Shown in pieces: positions 61,775 to 64,000 of a stretch of DNA of 64,000 nucleotides; position 1 is the stretch's first letter, and every line of letters starts with the position of its first letter. The notes beneath the pieces were generated by a model that saw nothing but the letters and a program-made list of their open reading frames with translations, was not told the DNA's origin and searched no databases. A program made the position numbers and the translations under genes. Source of the stretch: Podarcis tiliguerta (Eukaryota). The DNA lies in the NCBI GenBank assembly GCA_965153285.1, contig OZ229126.1. One strand, given 5' to 3'.

Positions 61775-64000
61775 TTAACCCATTAGTCACTGATGTGCTT
61801 ATGAAGTGCAGGCTCCAATTCATCCCCAACTATATCAGGATAATCTCTGTGACATTCTATTGCAGCAGCAGAACCGAAAACATAGATAAGAGCAGCTTTG
61901 GTTTTGGCTGGACTCAGTAGCTGGTAAGGAGCAAATTTTTCTCCACTCAGTACTGTGCCTGGGCATGTCATGATGTAGGTGAGTGGTTGCTATTTGTTTG
62001 TATGATGAAAAGTAAAGTACTGCTTTTGGGCCAAACCCAATCTCTATCATTGCTACTGGAGTGCATGACATATGCTGACATACTCTGTTTTCTTCCTGCC
62101 TACCTATTATAATGAAATCCATTCCCATTAAGATTTTTCAGTCAATGGTCAATGTTTGGACATTACCCTTAGATGCCGTGTAAATGTTTGAAGAGAATCT
62201 CTAGCTTAAATGTTTTATGGCTGATTTCCTTTACTGAGGAATGCATGAGCACTGCAAAATCCATGGCAATTTACTCTCTCAAAACGCATCTAACTTAATG
62301 CAAAGCATAGCCTTTCCCCCTTTATCCTGCTTTGTTGTTCTGTCCTAATATATTCACACACATAAGCAATGTAAACTATTTTTAGAACCCTTAGAAGCCA
62401 TGAATATAAGGTTTTTAAAGAAAAGACATATAGTGCAGTAGCTCTGTCACTAGATCCTAAGCTTTTTTAAAAAATAAAAAAGACATGATATTCAGAAGTA
62501 AACATGTGTGCATAGTATATTCTGACTGATGGCTATATTGATTGCAAAGGAAAGGAGGGGGAAAGTGACCGGGTGGGGGGGAGATAAATGTTGCTTTGAT
62601 GAGGAGAAAGGCAAGATTTTTTTATCTAAAGAAGGGGCATTGTGCTCCTGCAAACATGAAAACAATGGAAGCCTTATGCACTTCACCCCATCAGCAGCTC
62701 TAATACTAAAGCTTCAGTAAAAGGAGTAGAGGGGAAAGCCTTTGTACAAGAGAAAATAAAGAACAATTCATAAGTACAAGGAGTGGGAAGGTTTGCTGGC
62801 TGACAGGTATTTGCATTTCATTAAAGGAAAGGCAACCTGTTGGAAAGGAGGACCTCAGGGAGATTAAGGTTTACATTTGATGTGGAGTACCCAGGGATAT
62901 CGTAGAGAACTGTGCCTATAACTTGAAAGCACTAGACAGGTGTGTGCCCAATATGCATCACACCAGGAAATGTTTCCTGTGTGTGTGTGTGCAACATACT
63001 GTATTCCATAGCTTAACAAGCAAGCTTTTTGAGAAATGAATGAACAATACAAAAGTCGCTGGAAAAGAAATAGTTGAAATGCTTCAATTTTTTGAGACTG
63101 AAAGTGCACTTACTGAAGCACACTGATAACCTTGGCTTCCCATGCTAATCTTTGCTTAGTGGTGGGTACATGTATCAAGTCAGAACATTGCTTCATGTCT
63201 TGACACAGCTGCACTGGCTCCCAGTGCCTGTGGATCTCTGAGCTCCTTTCCATCGACTGGTTTTGATCTAAAAGGAACCATCATACCTTTTGGAATGCAG
63301 CTGCAATTGGGAATCCACCTAGACCCTATGATCTTCATCTGCAGCCCTCGGCTAGGTCCTACCCACCCACCTCAAAGGAGTCTTGGAGGGTGGTAACAAA
63401 GAAGAGGGCCTTTTCAGTTGTGGCTCCCCATTTGTGGAATGCTCTCCTAGGCCTCCTTGCACCCTTAGCAATGAGATAACTTGGTGCCTCCAAAGCCGGG
63501 AGAGACCATGGAACGGAAACTCAAAAAGTTTGCTTTTCATTGCCCTTTGCACTCTGCCAGTGATTTCCTTTGCAGCCATCGGCATTGGGTCTGCTCTGCT
63601 CCACCTCTCCGCTACTGCCTGTCCACCTGCTTTCTTCCCTCCACTTGCTGCTTCCCCTTCTGCCTCTTCCCCCCCTTCTTTCTCCTCCTGCAACTCTCGC
63701 ACCACTATCCAACTGGGGAGGCAACCCCCACAGGGCTGCTGTAATTGCCCATGCCAGCAACCAGATTCCTCTGCTGAGGCACCCAGAGGGAGCCTGCAAG
63801 CCTTGCCCGTGTGCCCAGAGCAGCGGAGGAGCAGCCTAGGGGGTGCACAGTCAGGTGGACAGGCTCCTAGCCACTTCAAGCCAGAGTGGAGAGGGGGGGA
63901 TTTTTGCACCCTCCTAGGCCTGTACCATTGGTGGGGGCCAAGCCCTGCTCCCTAATGAGGTCCAGCAGGCACCATCATTAACATGCTTTTGTGACCAGGT

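Noticed and set aside
63352-63955. 185-aa and 190-aa ORFs on opposite strands
   Set aside because: Built from an L2-like remnant plus C/T-rich low-complexity sequence; no recognisable protein.

Overview
Eukaryotic genomic DNA from a squamate reptile, most likely a lacertid lizard. This is inferred from the repeat content: Sauria SINEs, BovB, Squam3-like SINEs and a tRNA-Lys-headed SINE with a CR1-like tail. The window holds two protein-coding genes, both on the + strand. The first is the last coding exon of CER1 (Cerberus 1, 81-374). The second is the complete ZDHHC21 palmitoyltransferase gene: a CpG-island promoter and probable non-coding first exon near 12 kb, and seven coding exons (154+99+112+139+117+44+133 = 798 nt, 265 aa, all GT-AG, intact DPG/DHHC/TTxE motifs) between 18466 and 49236. 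The CER1-ZDHHC21 order matches the known amniote FREM1-CER1-ZDHHC21-NFIB block. The rest is intronic or intergenic DNA rich in SINEs, LINE fragments (BovB, RTE, L1-like, L2, CR1), hAT and Tc1/mariner-type MITEs, and one decayed Gypsy RT relic. I found no convincing new biological system. The best leads are: (1) a 111-codon alternative reading frame in the ZDHHC21 last exon, entered exactly by skipping the 44-nt exon; (2) a TSD-bounded chimeric SINE carrying an inverted ~140-bp copy of a ZDHHC21 intron segment 19 kb away; (3) an orphan CpG-rich promoter-like element with RFX/NRF1/ETS/CTCF-like motifs between the two genes. Repeat family names come from pattern recognition, not database searches.
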